Below the pieces are notes generated by a model. That model saw only the letters and a program-made list of their open reading frames with translations, searched no databases and had not been told where the DNA came from. The position numbers and the translations under genes were made by a program. 64,000 nucleotides of DNA from Tricharina praecox (Eukaryota), in contig NW_026250422.1 in the NCBI RefSeq assembly GCF_024521635.1, positions 558,001 through 622,000 of the forward strand. Reading direction: 5' to 3'. Below, piece after piece: positions 1 through 10,348 of this stretch. Numbering within the stretch: the stretch's first letter is position 1; each line of letters begins with the position of its first letter.

Positions 1-1181
1 CCTAAGCGGGTCGATGGAAGTGCTGTTCGAACTTTCGATGTCCTTCCCACCGGCCGTGCTCTTGGTTAGTTAGTAGAGTTCGTTCGTCCCAATCGCATGT
101 GCCTCACCGGCAACGAATCGTCCTAGATAGGACCAGCAGGGAGACCCATAGGTGCGCAGACTGCTCGTGAGCACTTCCGCACTCGGTATCTGCAGACTCA
201 TGTGGTGTATAGAGTGCCGATAGGACGACCCTCGATGCGCCCAACGTGGTATGTATCTACCGAGACTCCTCAATATTAACTCATTGCGGCAGCTACTAGA
301 ATAGGTACTCAGAATAGGCCTCGCAGGTCAACATAGGTATTCTAATGGCCAGCGGTGAAGTACCTATTGCCCGCCCAATTGCAAGGCGGTCTTTCTTGCA
401 GCTAGCCCCTAGGGGATATTTGGGGGAGTTCCAACGTGGAGCTTTGCAATCTGCTATACACCTATGTGCAGGCCTCCGGCAATTCTGGAGATGTTGGGCT
501 TCATCCAGTTGAAGCAGTATACAGTACATACATTTCTCGATTCACCAGCGGGTCTGGACACAACGGGTCTGGACCCAGCACACAGCAATCCAAAGTTCGA
601 ATTGCCTCGACGATCGTGAAATTTACACGCAACTCGTCTTGAGATCAACACTCGGACGCCTCGGTCAAGGCTTCTAAAGCGCTCCGTAGCCGCGTGGTCA
701 TCACGTTTGTTTTTGTCGCCATTGCGTGGTCACCATTTTCTTTGTTTAATCATCATCATTTGCGTTCGACCCTATTGAATCATGTCAGGTCGATGTCCTT
801 CCACGTGACCATCACGTGCGAGCGGGCAAGCTGTCGAAAGCCCTGACGGCCGAGTGTCCGTGTATGACCAATGCCTGAGGTTGAAACATGCGGCTCTCAA
901 CACTCCCGTTGACGAGTCGCCGTTGTTGCCCCTGACAACCCCCCTGTTGCTTTTTCATTCCACACCCATCCAGAGCAAACACGCGTCTTTTCCGCAGTTG
1001 AAGCCTTCGACATCGTCACGAGAAACCACTACTTTGCTGTAGCTGCCGTTTCATCTCGAGCATCACCGCGATTCCAGCCCCACATCCCTTACCTGGGTAT
1101 ATCTGCGTCATATCTCCCAACCTAATACCTTCATCTATTGAGTTCACTCCACGACCCACCTCCACTGGCACTTCCCCAATC

Positions 1182-2641
1182 ATGGAGACCCGCGGCCAAG
1201 AATCACCAATGGACTTCCAGTGGGAGAACTCCTCTGGCAGAGTCGATCCGAACTCGCCTTTCCGGATGAATGGGTTCCAGCGCACACTTGCCGAGGAGAC
1301 ACCTGTCAAGAGAGGTACGTACACCACATGGATGCGCGAGAGATATGCGGAACGCCATCCTGATGTCACCGCAGGAACTGCAGCGACACATTCAGTCTTC
1401 GGATCATCGCCGATCAAACAGCCCGTGTTCGCAACGCCCGCGCAGACACCGTATACCCCCCGAACCCCATATCGTGAGACACCACATCAATCGAGGTTCG
1501 AGACCCCATCGTTCCGGACACCTCGCCGGCCCTTTGCCACTCTGTCGAAGGACTCGGATGTATTCGACACCCCCGACACGGAAAGCGAAGCGCCGACGCC
1601 CGACGCCGCCGCGCTCCAGCTCCTCCGCAGCACCAAGAAGACCAACGCCAACAGCGGAGCGATCTCTGCCACTCCCGGGCGTGTCACCGGGCGCGGCGAG
1701 CTCCGGCGCGGCAGCAACAGACACAGCATCAGCAAGCCGCGACGCCGCCGACGCACCGAGCTCGACCAGGTGTCCGACGACGATGACGACGACTTCAATT
1801 GCTCGGAGACCGACTACGGGTTTGCCTCCACGCGCAAGACGCCGCGGAAACCCAAGCGCGCCGACGGCCCGGACTGGCTCGCGATGCACCAGCGGATCCC
1901 GGTGGTCGTCTCCGCGTACCTCGGGCTATTCGTGCACGCCTCGTGGGTTGCGCTGGCGATCTACATCCTCTTCGCGTGTTTCCGCGTGGTGCAGCAGGAC
2001 ATGGCGCACCGCGTGTACGAAGCCGCCGAGTCCGTCTCCCTCCACATCGCAGAGTGCACCAAGAACTACCTGCAGAACCGCTGTGCGCCCGACACCCGCG
2101 TGCCCGCCACCGAAGCCGCCTGCGCCATGTGGGAGAAGTGCATGGCCCAGGACCCCGCAAAGGTCGGCCGCGCAAAGGTCTCGGCCGCTACTATTGCAGA
2201 GATCCTGAACGGCTTCGTCAACGAGCTCCACTGGAAGACTATCGTATGCATACCCCACACCCCACACCCCACACCCCACACCCCACCCCACCCGCACTGG
2301 CGGAGTTCCAACCCCGTAAAAACTAACGATGGCGCCTATCTATCTAGGGTCTCTTCGCGCTCGTCGTAATGCTCTGCTGGATAGGCAGCAAGGCCAGCGC
2401 CGTCGCCACGCTGAAGGAGCAGAACCACCCGCACCCGTTTGTCGCAGCGACGATCCCACCGCTCGCATCGCAGTGGACGCCCCACCACATCCCCTCGGAG
2501 TCGTATGCATACACGCCCGCACACCAACCTTGGGCTACACCCTTACTCAGGAAGGGAGGAGGTGGTGGTGCTGGTGGGGAGCACGGTCGGACGCCCCGGA
2601 GGATGAGAGATGATGATCAGCAGGTGGTCGAGTGGAAGTGA
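1182..2641 (+). CDS. Brl1/Brr6-family nuclear envelope / nuclear pore biogenesis protein
   Basis: N-terminal ESPMDFQW motif; hydrophobic TM segment followed by the 4-Cys luminal domain (C..NY..NRC.P..R.PA....C..WE.CM..DP..VGRAKVSA..AEILNGFV). Introns inferred at 1315-1374 (GTACGT..CAG) and 2244-2347 (GTATGC..CTAAC..TAG); the last exon supplies a second TM (GLFALVVMLCW) and the stop at 2641. Confidence 0.85.
2253..2292 (+). repeat. (CCCCACA)n heptamer microsatellite inside intron 2 of the Brl1/Brr6 gene
   Basis: ccccacaccccacaccccacaccccaca... seen directly. Confidence 0.85.
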
Positions 2642-2715
2642 ACCAGTGAACCAGGGATATCCCGTCGAAATTTGGGAATGGAATGGGACGGACTTCTTTT
2701 TAAATTCTTCGCAAC

Positions 2716-2752
2716 TTTTTTTTTGGGGGGGGGGAGGGGGGGGGGGGAGGGG
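2716..2752 (+). repeat. poly-T followed by a near-pure poly-G tract in the 3' flank
   Basis: A T run, then about 28 nt of G interrupted by two A. Confidence 0.85.
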
Positions 2753-3635
2753 ATTGTACATTATACTACGCGGCGTTGAATGGTTGACTACTGGCTTCTT
2801 TTATCTTTTATCTTTATGTACACTCGTGATTAACTAGTATGATGGGTACCTATTGTATTGTGAATGTTCGAGCTTCTGTTGTATTTTAGGTATGCTTGTG
2901 GAAATTGCGTGGTTCAATATCTCCAGTTACTGAGGTAGGTACTCCGCCGCGTGAGACGGCATGAGACGGCGTGGGGACAGTAGTTGTGGAGGTTATGTCT
3001 CCAAACCGCAATCGACATTTCCCATGCGTATGTAAAAGCAAGCGGGGCTCCATAGAACTAGCAGTGAGCGGTTTCCGCTGTATAAACCGGCACTGTTGCG
3101 GTCTTTGGGCCGATATCGAAGCCTAGAAAGTATACACCTGTTCTCTGCTCGTCGGTGCGGGAGCTACGAGCGATAGCGGCCAACTGTCCACCTCGGGTAT
3201 GTACATAGCAGCAACTGGCAGGTGAGACGCTGGTGTTGCATTGTCTAGCTCGTCTCGTTGGACAGCGGTCAGATCGTTTGCCTTTGTGCGTTAGGGCTGG
3301 TGTCCTGGTGTGATGTTCTGGTGAAGCTTGCACAAGGCGTGGTATGCTATCCTTCAATCACTCGGGCCCTGGGTTACTTCGAGCTTCACGTCTTCCATGC
3401 AGCATTTGGTGCGCGGTGGTGGGGATGATGTCGGAGTACAAAATGGCGGGCAAAAGGTTGAAACGTCGGTATCACAGTAGGAACTACAGCGCGGAGTCAT
3501 GATATCGATGACCATTTCTTTTTTATTTTGATCGAAACATCACCGAAAAAAAAAGCCAGCGTGGTCCCCTCCCCAGAAAAAGAAGTTTCCACAACCCCAA
3601 CACGCCGTAAAAATCCCAAATCCGAAGCGATACGC

Positions 3636-4269
3636 TTAACCCTTCTTCTTGGAGACACCGACGGTCCTGCCGCGACGACCAGTGGTCTTGGTGTGCTGAC
3701 CACGGACACGCAGGCCCCAGTAGTGTCGGAGACCACGGTGGGCGCGGATCTTCTTCAGCCGCTCCAGGTCGTCACGGAGCTTGGAGTCGACTCCGTTGGC
3801 GAGAATCTGGTAGTTCTTGCCGTCGACGATGTCGCGCTGTCGGTTGAGGAACCAGGCGGGGATCTTGTACTGGGTCGGGTTCTGGATGATGGTGACGATA
3901 CGCTCAAGTTCTTCGGTGGTAAGTTCACCAGCGCTGGATATGGGCGTTAGAGAACCATTGGAGGAGATGGATAATAATAGCTTCGTACCGCTTGTTCAAG
4001 TCGACATCGGCCTTCTTGCAGACCAAGTTGGAGTATCGGCGTCCGACACCCTTGATCTTAGTCAAGGCGTACATGACCTTTTGCTTTCCATCAACGTTGG
4101 TGTTGAGAAGACGAAGGATGAACTGGAAGTTCGACTTTTCGCCGCTGACGAGAGACCTATCGATTCGATCCGTCAACTTTCGAAGCTCTCCCTTTCCCAG
4201 ACCAACGCGTCCATCGCTATCGTCCAAGATTCGAAATTCCTTTGTAGAGGTATACTGGTATACTCACAT
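3636..4269 (-). CDS. RPS18: 40S ribosomal protein S18 (uS13)
   Basis: [62 protein letters not shown]...[21 protein letters not shown]. Introns at 4157-4267 (splits the ATG) and 3934-3988. Confidence 0.97.
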
Positions 4270-4444
4270 GATGGGCAACGATGTGGTCGTTCGCCGGGAC
4301 TCGTCGGGATTGTCGTTTGGCGTGGGGTTGTCGTAAATGTTGTTGGGCTGGATACTTCTTGCTGCGATAGTCTCAAACCCGAAGTTGCTGGGCTGTGCGT
4401 TGTGCGCTGTGGGGCGGCGGCGTATGACTGCTGTCTGGGGATTG

Positions 4445-4477
4445 TGCGACTGATTGACTGGAGATAAGATAAGGGCT
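4445..4477. promoter_or_regulatory. putative ribosomal-protein promoter elements (Homol-D-like TGCGACTG; IFHL/Homol-E-like AAGGGCT) in the RPS18/lunapark divergent promoter
   Basis: One-mismatch matches to TGTGACTG and TAGGGCT about 180-210 bp upstream of the RPS18 start; motif match only. Confidence 0.3.
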
Positions 4478-4930
4478 TTTTTCTGTGAAAGGAGGCTAGC
4501 GCTGACTGTCTCAGCCACGGTGGCGGAGCATCATCCGGCTCCGCCACATAACTCACATTATCTAATCACATCTCATCTGATTTGTCCACATGCATCGCCA
4601 TCTCGCCGCCCCTTTTGCCGCTTTGCCAATCAAGTCACAACCCGCAGACTGCAGCAGTGTGTAACAAGCACTAGCTATGACATAGAGGAACGGGGATCCC
4701 AAGACGATCGATGGTCACCCCCATCTAGTCAGCCAAGCCGCTCCCTCTCTCCCGTAATTCTGTTCTTTCTTTCAACCTTCACTTCACTTCTCCACAGACC
4801 TTCCCCCTTACCTCATTTTATTTTGCCCTCTTAACTTCTATTCTAACTGCTGTTCCTTCTCTTGTTCTCCATCTTTCGTTCACCGTCTTCACCCTATTTC
4901 TCTTTTCTTTCCGTTCGAAGAGCAGTTAGC

Positions 4931-6300
4931 ATGGTTCGTTTTTGGCCCTTCAGCGGTGTAAGTTCCCTCTTTCCACATGTGGCAGATTTTGAAGGTGTGT
5001 GAAGCAAGGAAGTAAGCTAACATAGTTCCGAAGGGTGATGACAATTCTCCAGATTCGTTCGAGAGGATCCTTTCGCAGCTTGCCACGCGGATCGAAAGCA
5101 CATCCTCGAAGCTCGCGACGCTCCGCCAGCGCGCCCGCCGCTACAAGGCACTGTTCACTATCTACTCAGTGATTGGATATATCCTCTACTGCATAGTCAT
5201 CGTGCTGGTGGTAGGGTACCAGAACATCCGGGTGCATGAGGGCGGCGGTTTGGCAGCTGGGCCTGTAGGGTTTGTTGATTCTCCGTCCACACAACCACGG
5301 GGGTGCTGAGCTGAATGTTGTTATCTGTAGAATCTATGTTGTTCGAAAGCTCCTGGACCTCTACTACGGCGGACGGATCGCATCCACCGAAGCGAAGCTT
5401 GAACACTTTCAGGCAGAGCAACGCGCAACCATCGAGAAGCTCAAGTCGATCACGAAATTCTCGACTACCCAGTCGTTGATCGAGAAGTATGGAGGGACCG
5501 CACCGATGGAAGGCATCCTAGCTCTTGCACCTCAACAGGAGAACAAGAAGTCCGTCCCTACCACTGCGCCATCTCTCCGAGTCGGCGCACCACAGCCACC
5601 GAAGCAGCCGTCGAAGCAACCCGAGCCGCAGCAGCAACCACTACTCCCTCACCTCACACCCGACCAAATTCGCATCCAACAGCAGCTCTATGCTCAGCAG
5701 AAAGCCGGTATTCCACCCCAGTACGGTCAAGTCCAAGCGCAGCCCCCAAAGCAGCAGCCGCAGCCGCAGGCACCTACGCAAACACCCACCTCACTGAAAC
5801 GCCAGTCATCACTCTTGATGCAAGGGCAAACGCAGCCTCCCTCGCAGCAGCATCTCCAGCCAGAAGAAGCCACCGCGCCGAAATGGTACGACCGCATTCT
5901 CGACGTCATTCTCGGCGAAGACGAGATGTCTGCCAAGGCCCGGTTCGCGTTGATCTGCAAGAACTGCCGCATGGTCAACGGTCTTGCTCCACCTGGTACC
6001 CACTCCCTAGAGGAGATGGACCAATGGGGATGTGCTAGGTGTGGCACTATGAACGGCAGGAAAAAGTCTCGTACCATGATGAAGGAGCGGTCGGTGAGCC
6101 GCGACCATTTGGAGCGCAAAGTATCCTCTGGAAGGGTTGCACGCAGCAGGAAACAGGCGGAATCGGCGCCTGAGGAGTCAGAGGCATCCACTGTTGATGA
6201 CGACAACGACGCGGAGGAAGAGGCTCCCCTCGTAAAGCAGGAGGAGAGCGAAGAAGAGACTCCCAGGCCAAAGTCGAAGTCCAAAACAAAGTTCAGATGA
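4931..6300 (+). CDS. LNP1: Lunapark ER three-way-junction protein
   Basis: MVRFWPFS..DDNSPDSFERILS N-terminus, two TM segments, coiled coil, WYDRILDVILGEDE and the zinc finger ALICKNCRMVNGLAPPG..WGCARCGTMN. Introns at about 4958-5033 and 5270-5330. Confidence 0.92.
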
Positions 6301-6641
6301 AAGGTCTGATCTACCTTGGTGTACTTCAATTTTGTATTCTGTCCGTTTGTTCGTCTTGAAGGAGGCAGTTGTTGTTCTATTCTACATACCTGTGTCCAAC
6401 CGGAACTTGTTTCCTTTTTCATTTCTTGCTGGCATCATTATTTAGCGAACCTGTTGTTTCTTCTTCCTTTACCTTTACCTTTACCTTTTTTTCTATGTAT
6501 ACTAAGGGGCGTTGAGTTGAATGTGCGCATCATTGAGAAGAGAAATCCCCAAAACTCTAAACTCCTATTCTACACCGGGTTCCCACTAAAACTACTGTAG
6601 CTTTTATCATACATAAATTACAATATCTACCCATTGCTCTC

Positions 6642-9600
6642 CTACTTTTTTGGCCGTCCTGGTGATTTCTTAGGTTTTGTAGTGCGCTTCTTAGGTTTCT
6701 CGGGCTTCGCTGCGGGTTCTTCGACCGCCTGAGCAGCCTCAGCTTCGGCTGCCAGTTCGGCCACCAGAGCGTCAGGCGCTTCTTCTACCGCTATCTCGGC
6801 AGGCGCCTCAGTTGCCTCAGCCTTCACCTCTACCTCGCTATCCTTGGATGTCTCCACACTTTCAGGTGTGTCGACAGCCTCAATAGTAGCGACTGTTTCA
6901 ATCGTTTGCGCAGCAGCCTCGGACTCGACCACCACTCCCTCCACCCTGACCTCGACTGGCTCTTGGATCACTTCTTCCGCTGAAATAATCGGTGCCGGGG
7001 CTGCAGTCTCCTCTGCCTTCGTTTCTGTTTCGGCCTCAACCTCGACCTGAGTAATCTGCTCGCCCTGAACGGCCTCCTCGACCTGAGCCACCTGCTCGAC
7101 CTTGACGGGCTCCTCGACCTTGACGGGCTCCTCGACCTTGACGGGCTCCTCGACCTTGACGGGCTCCTCGACCTTGACGGGCTCCTCGACCTTGACGGGC
7201 TCCTCGACCTTGACGGGCTCCTCGACCTTGACGGGCTCCTCGACCTTGACGGGCTCCTCGACCTTGACGGGCTCCTCGACCTTGACGGGCTCCTCGACCT
7301 TGACGGGCTCCTCGACCTTGACGGGCTCCTCGACCTGAGCCACCTCCTCTTGAACCATGGGAGCCGCCCTATGCTCGCTCGCAATATCAATCTCAGTCTC
7401 TACCTCCACTTCCTCCTCATTCTCCTTCTCTTCCAGTATCCGCTGTTTGTGCCTCATTTCCTTCTCCAGCATTTCATCCAGCATTTCATCCATGTCCATG
7501 CTCCTCTCGCCGCCGCGTTCCATCTGCGTAGGCGCCATCTGCATTGCGCCATCGGGCAGATACTTCTCGACGCCGAGACCAATTTTTGCCAGTCGCAACG
7601 CCTCATTCCTCCACGTCCACTTCTCTGAATCGCTGCCATCACTAATGACGGCCGAGTATCCGAGCTCAACTTCTTCGCCGCCAACAGAGTTCTCCTCCAG
7701 GAGTACACTGACGACCTTGGCTTTGGGGCGGGGATCGTTTCCGAGGAAGCGGGGATCACGGCTGGCTTCGGCGGAGGAGGTGAAAGGCCATCGTCCCACG
7801 CGCCCGGCATATGTGATGTATTGCCGGACTCTGTCGACGCGGTGCAGGATATAGGCGTGGTTTACATCCGGGATGTCGAGGCCACGCACGGAGTGGTAAG
7901 TGGTTATCCAAACTGTGGTTGATTCCTTGCTGCCGGTTTGAGGTTGGGGGCGGTTTGCGCCGGAGAGGAGGAGGTCGAGACGGCCGAGGGGAACGCGGCC
8001 TTCCGCGGCGGCGTTAGCATTCCAGGTATCGATTGATAGATTGCGGGCGGTTATGCCGCGCTCAGCGCAGGCGACCGCGAGCGCTTTCCAGGAGGCATTT
8101 TCGCCGATCACGGCGATGACGTTTTTGGGCCATGCGTCGAGACCGAGGAGCATTTCGAGGAGCTCGGCGGCGATCTCGGGAGGGTAGCCGCGGCGGAGGA
8201 GCTCCGGTGCCCGGTTGGACTCAGAGCTGATTAGGGGGTCTAGATGGCCTTTGCGGGTATTGCCCTTGAGCGCTGCGGCGAGCGCAGCCTGTACTTCTTG
8301 TTCATGTTTCTCCGCGGTTTTGAGGTCTGCGGCTATAGACTTAGCGTCGGGGTATGAGGGTACTGGGGCGTCGCGAAGGAATCCGGTGATTGGGTCGTAG
8401 GCGACGATATGGTGCGTGATGTTGTCTGGTATCTTGCGGACGAACTCGCCATATACAGCATCCTGGCCGACCTTGACAGCCATGGAAGCGGCGCTGGACT
8501 TGCCTTTACCGGTAAAGGGCGTGAAGCCGGGACGATTCTCGCCGTCCATCCACGTGGGATGGTATGTCTCAATGACCCGTGCTAATCTTCCAGCTCCAGT
8601 AGCACTAGATGGAACCACGAGCTGCGGCTGTGAGAGTTTACCGCCGGCCTTGATGATGGCTGCTTTCCTGGCTTGGAAGACGTAATCGAGAAGGATCAAG
8701 AGCGGATCCTTTGGCTTCTCCTTGTCTACTCCCGCGTGGCCGTAGATCGGGTTATCGTAGCGCAAGAAAGCCTGGTCTGATTCCTCCACGACCACGGCCC
8801 GAAGGGCGGTGTAATCCACCAGTCCCCTGATCTCCGCATTCTTACTGGACAAGATATCCAACAGCACGGTGGGTGTAGCAATCAAGATATGGGGAGTCCT
8901 GCGTGTCCGCAGTAACTCTATCTGCTTCGCTTCATCCTCTCCTCTATACAGTGCCTGCACGAATTCATCAGGATTGTCCATGATAGCCGGAGATCCGGTT
9001 GCCTCCAGCAGCGCGGTGATATTCGCGTGATATTGCCGCACCAGGTCGACATTCGGCGCAACGATCAGCGCAGTAGTAGTAAGCCTCGCCTTGTGCCTCG
9101 GCTTCACCCTCACCTTGTCTCCCGTGCCCTCCGGCAAAGCTGTCGCACGGGGAAGCGTCAGCAACCACGCTGTGATTGCAAAACTCTTCCCGGAGCCAGG
9201 AGGACCATACGCCATGACCGAATGGCCCTTCAACAACTGCGTCAGGAGACTCCTCTGGACAGTGGTGATCTTCGACGCCTCCGGAAATGCACGGAGCATG
9301 GTCTGCACGACGACCGGGCGGAGCCCCGTCGCCTCCCACCCAGCACCGGGCTGCTTCTTCCTCGCCGCCGCCGCCGCCGCCGTCGCCGTCGGATTGAGTA
9401 CCGGAGCAGAACTATAATTCTCATCGATGCGCGAGGTGCGCCCACCGCGGCGTCCTCCTTCATCGTAGCCATTCTCCCGTAGGTTCCGCTTTACGGACTG
9501 CGACAGGATCTCGGCAATCGAGAAGTCAACGTTTGCATCCGCGTCTTTGCCATACGTGCGGGTCTGCGGCGGCGGTGTGCCTTCCTCCTCGAATCCGTTG

Positions 9601-9824
9601 CCCTCCAAGGGTTCGTAAGGCATCGGGGATTGGTCGCGGATTTCCCGTTTCCTCGTGAAACGGGGGTTGGAGAGCTCATCTGGCCGCGGCATCCAACTTG
9701 CCAGACGGCGGGCGGTGTGGGGTACACATGGAGGGGTGAGGCGGGCGAGTGTTCGGTGGGATCGAAGCAATTGCACGCGGCAATGAAGGCAGATGTAGGG
9801 TGACCGCAGAACAGAAGAGAGCAT
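6642..9824 (-). CDS. intronless DEAD-box-like RNA helicase family protein, probably mitochondrial, with degenerate motifs and an acidic repeat tail
   Basis: Arg-rich presequence (YICLHCR); Q-motif T.VQ; Walker A GPPGSGKS; Ia PNVDLVRQ; Ib TPTV; II EESD; III SAT; V RGLDIPDV; VI YAGRVGR. Confidence 0.8.
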   Translation of the reverse strand: MLSSVLRSPYICLHCRVQLLRSHRTLARLTPPCVPHTARRLASWMPRPDELSNPRFTRKREIRDQSPMPYEPLEGNGFEEEGTPPPQTRTYGKDADANVDFSIAEILSQSVKRNLRENGYDEGGRRGGRTSRIDENYSSAPVLNPTATAAAAAARKKQPGAGWEATGLRPVVVQTMLRAFPEASKITTVQRSLLTQLLKGHSVMAYGPPGSGKSFAITAWLLTLPRATALPEGTGDKVRVKPRHKARLTTTALIVAPNVDLVRQYHANITALLEATGSPAIMDNPDEFVQALYRGEDEAKQIELLRTRRTPHILIATPTVLLDILSSKNAEIRGLVDYTALRAVVVEESDQAFLRYDNPIYGHAGVDKEKPKDPLLILLDYVFQARKAAIIKAGGKLSQPQLVVPSSATGAGRLARVIETYHPTWMDGENRPGFTPFTGKGKSSAASMAVKVGQDAVYGEFVRKIPDNITHHIVAYDPITGFLRDAPVPSYPDAKSIAADLKTAEKHEQEVQAALAAALKGNTRKGHLDPLISSESNRAPELLRRGYPPEIAAELLEMLLGLDAWPKNVIAVIGENASWKALAVACAERGITARNLSIDTWNANAAAEGRVPLGRLDLLLSGANRPQPQTGSKESTTVWITTYHSVRGLDIPDVNHAYILHRVDRVRQYITYAGRVGRWPFTSSAEASRDPRFLGNDPRPKAKVVSVLLEENSVGGEEVELGYSAVISDGSDSEKWTWRNEALRLAKIGLGVEKYLPDGAMQMAPTQMERGGERSMDMDEMLDEMLEKEMRHKQRILEEKENEEEVEVETEIDIASEHRAAPMVQEEVAQVEEPVKVEEPVKVEEPVKVEEPVKVEEPVKVEEPVKVEEPVKVEEPVKVEEPVKVEEPVKVEEPVKVEEPVKVEEPVKVEQVAQVEEAVQGEQITQVEVEAETETKAEETAAPAPIISAEEVIQEPVEVRVEGVVVESEAAAQTIETVATIEAVDTPESVETSKDSEVEVKAEATEAPAEIAVEEAPDALVAELAAEAEAAQAVEEPAAKPEKPKKRTTKPKKSPGRPKK
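7102..7335 (-). repeat. 13 perfect tandem copies of an 18-bp unit encoding VEEPVK
   Basis: (ttgacgggctcctcgacc)x13 with no substitutions. Confidence 0.95.
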
Positions 9825-10348
9825 AGTCGTGGCGGTTTATGCCCGGTCCTTTTTTTTTTCGCGACTGGCCGTTGTGTGGTTCGAGGTGGTGATGTTGGGG
9901 TGTATCGAGCTTCCACTTTTTTTCCAGTGGTTGCGGCCACTAGTGCAAAAAGTAGGCGGCGAACTCCGTAGAGTGAGATGCTATGAGTCACAAAGTACCT
10001 GTACTCGCCGTAGACCAAGTACGGTTAGGGCAAATGGGGTGAAAGCATTACCGGAGTCAAAACGCTTCCATGTGGAATTCCGCAATAGCTCGGCATCAAC
10101 AATCTTCGTGTAGTATTAGAGTTATATAATACCTTAAATGTCTTTTGATTACGGCAAATTTTAGGAGTGTGGAAACGATTCACCAGCTTCTCCGCTACTG
10201 TGCTTAGGTACGATACCCAATTGTCTATCTCTCTAGGTTGTATACATAAAACTGCTCGGCTCCAAATAAAACCACTGCCATAGACAAAATGCCAGTCATG
10301 AGCAAAACCGGTCATGATCAAACCAATACAAAAAAACGCATGCTACTC

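Noticed and set aside
1..740. Minus-strand region with intron-like signals, short ORFs and a small duplication (GGGTCTGGAC x2)
   Set aside because: I could not assemble a continuous or recognisable reading frame. It may be a pseudogene or a gene leaving the window, but that is unsupported.
4157..4267. Intronic snoRNA in RPS18 or SUI2 introns
   Set aside because: No convincing C/D (RTGATGA/CTGA) or H/ACA arrangement seen.
3528..4467. Long plus-strand ORFs antisense to RPS18
   Set aside because: Shadow ORFs caused by the codon bias of a highly expressed gene.
4955..5033. GTGTAAGT donor as a possible stwintron in lunapark (similar at SEC61 46321)
   Set aside because: A simple GGT|GTAAG intron restores the frame, and no second branch site or acceptor exists for an outer intron.
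7102..7335. Tandem repeats as a CRISPR-like array (also 24555-24629)
   Set aside because: Head-to-tail units with no spacers in a eukaryotic context.
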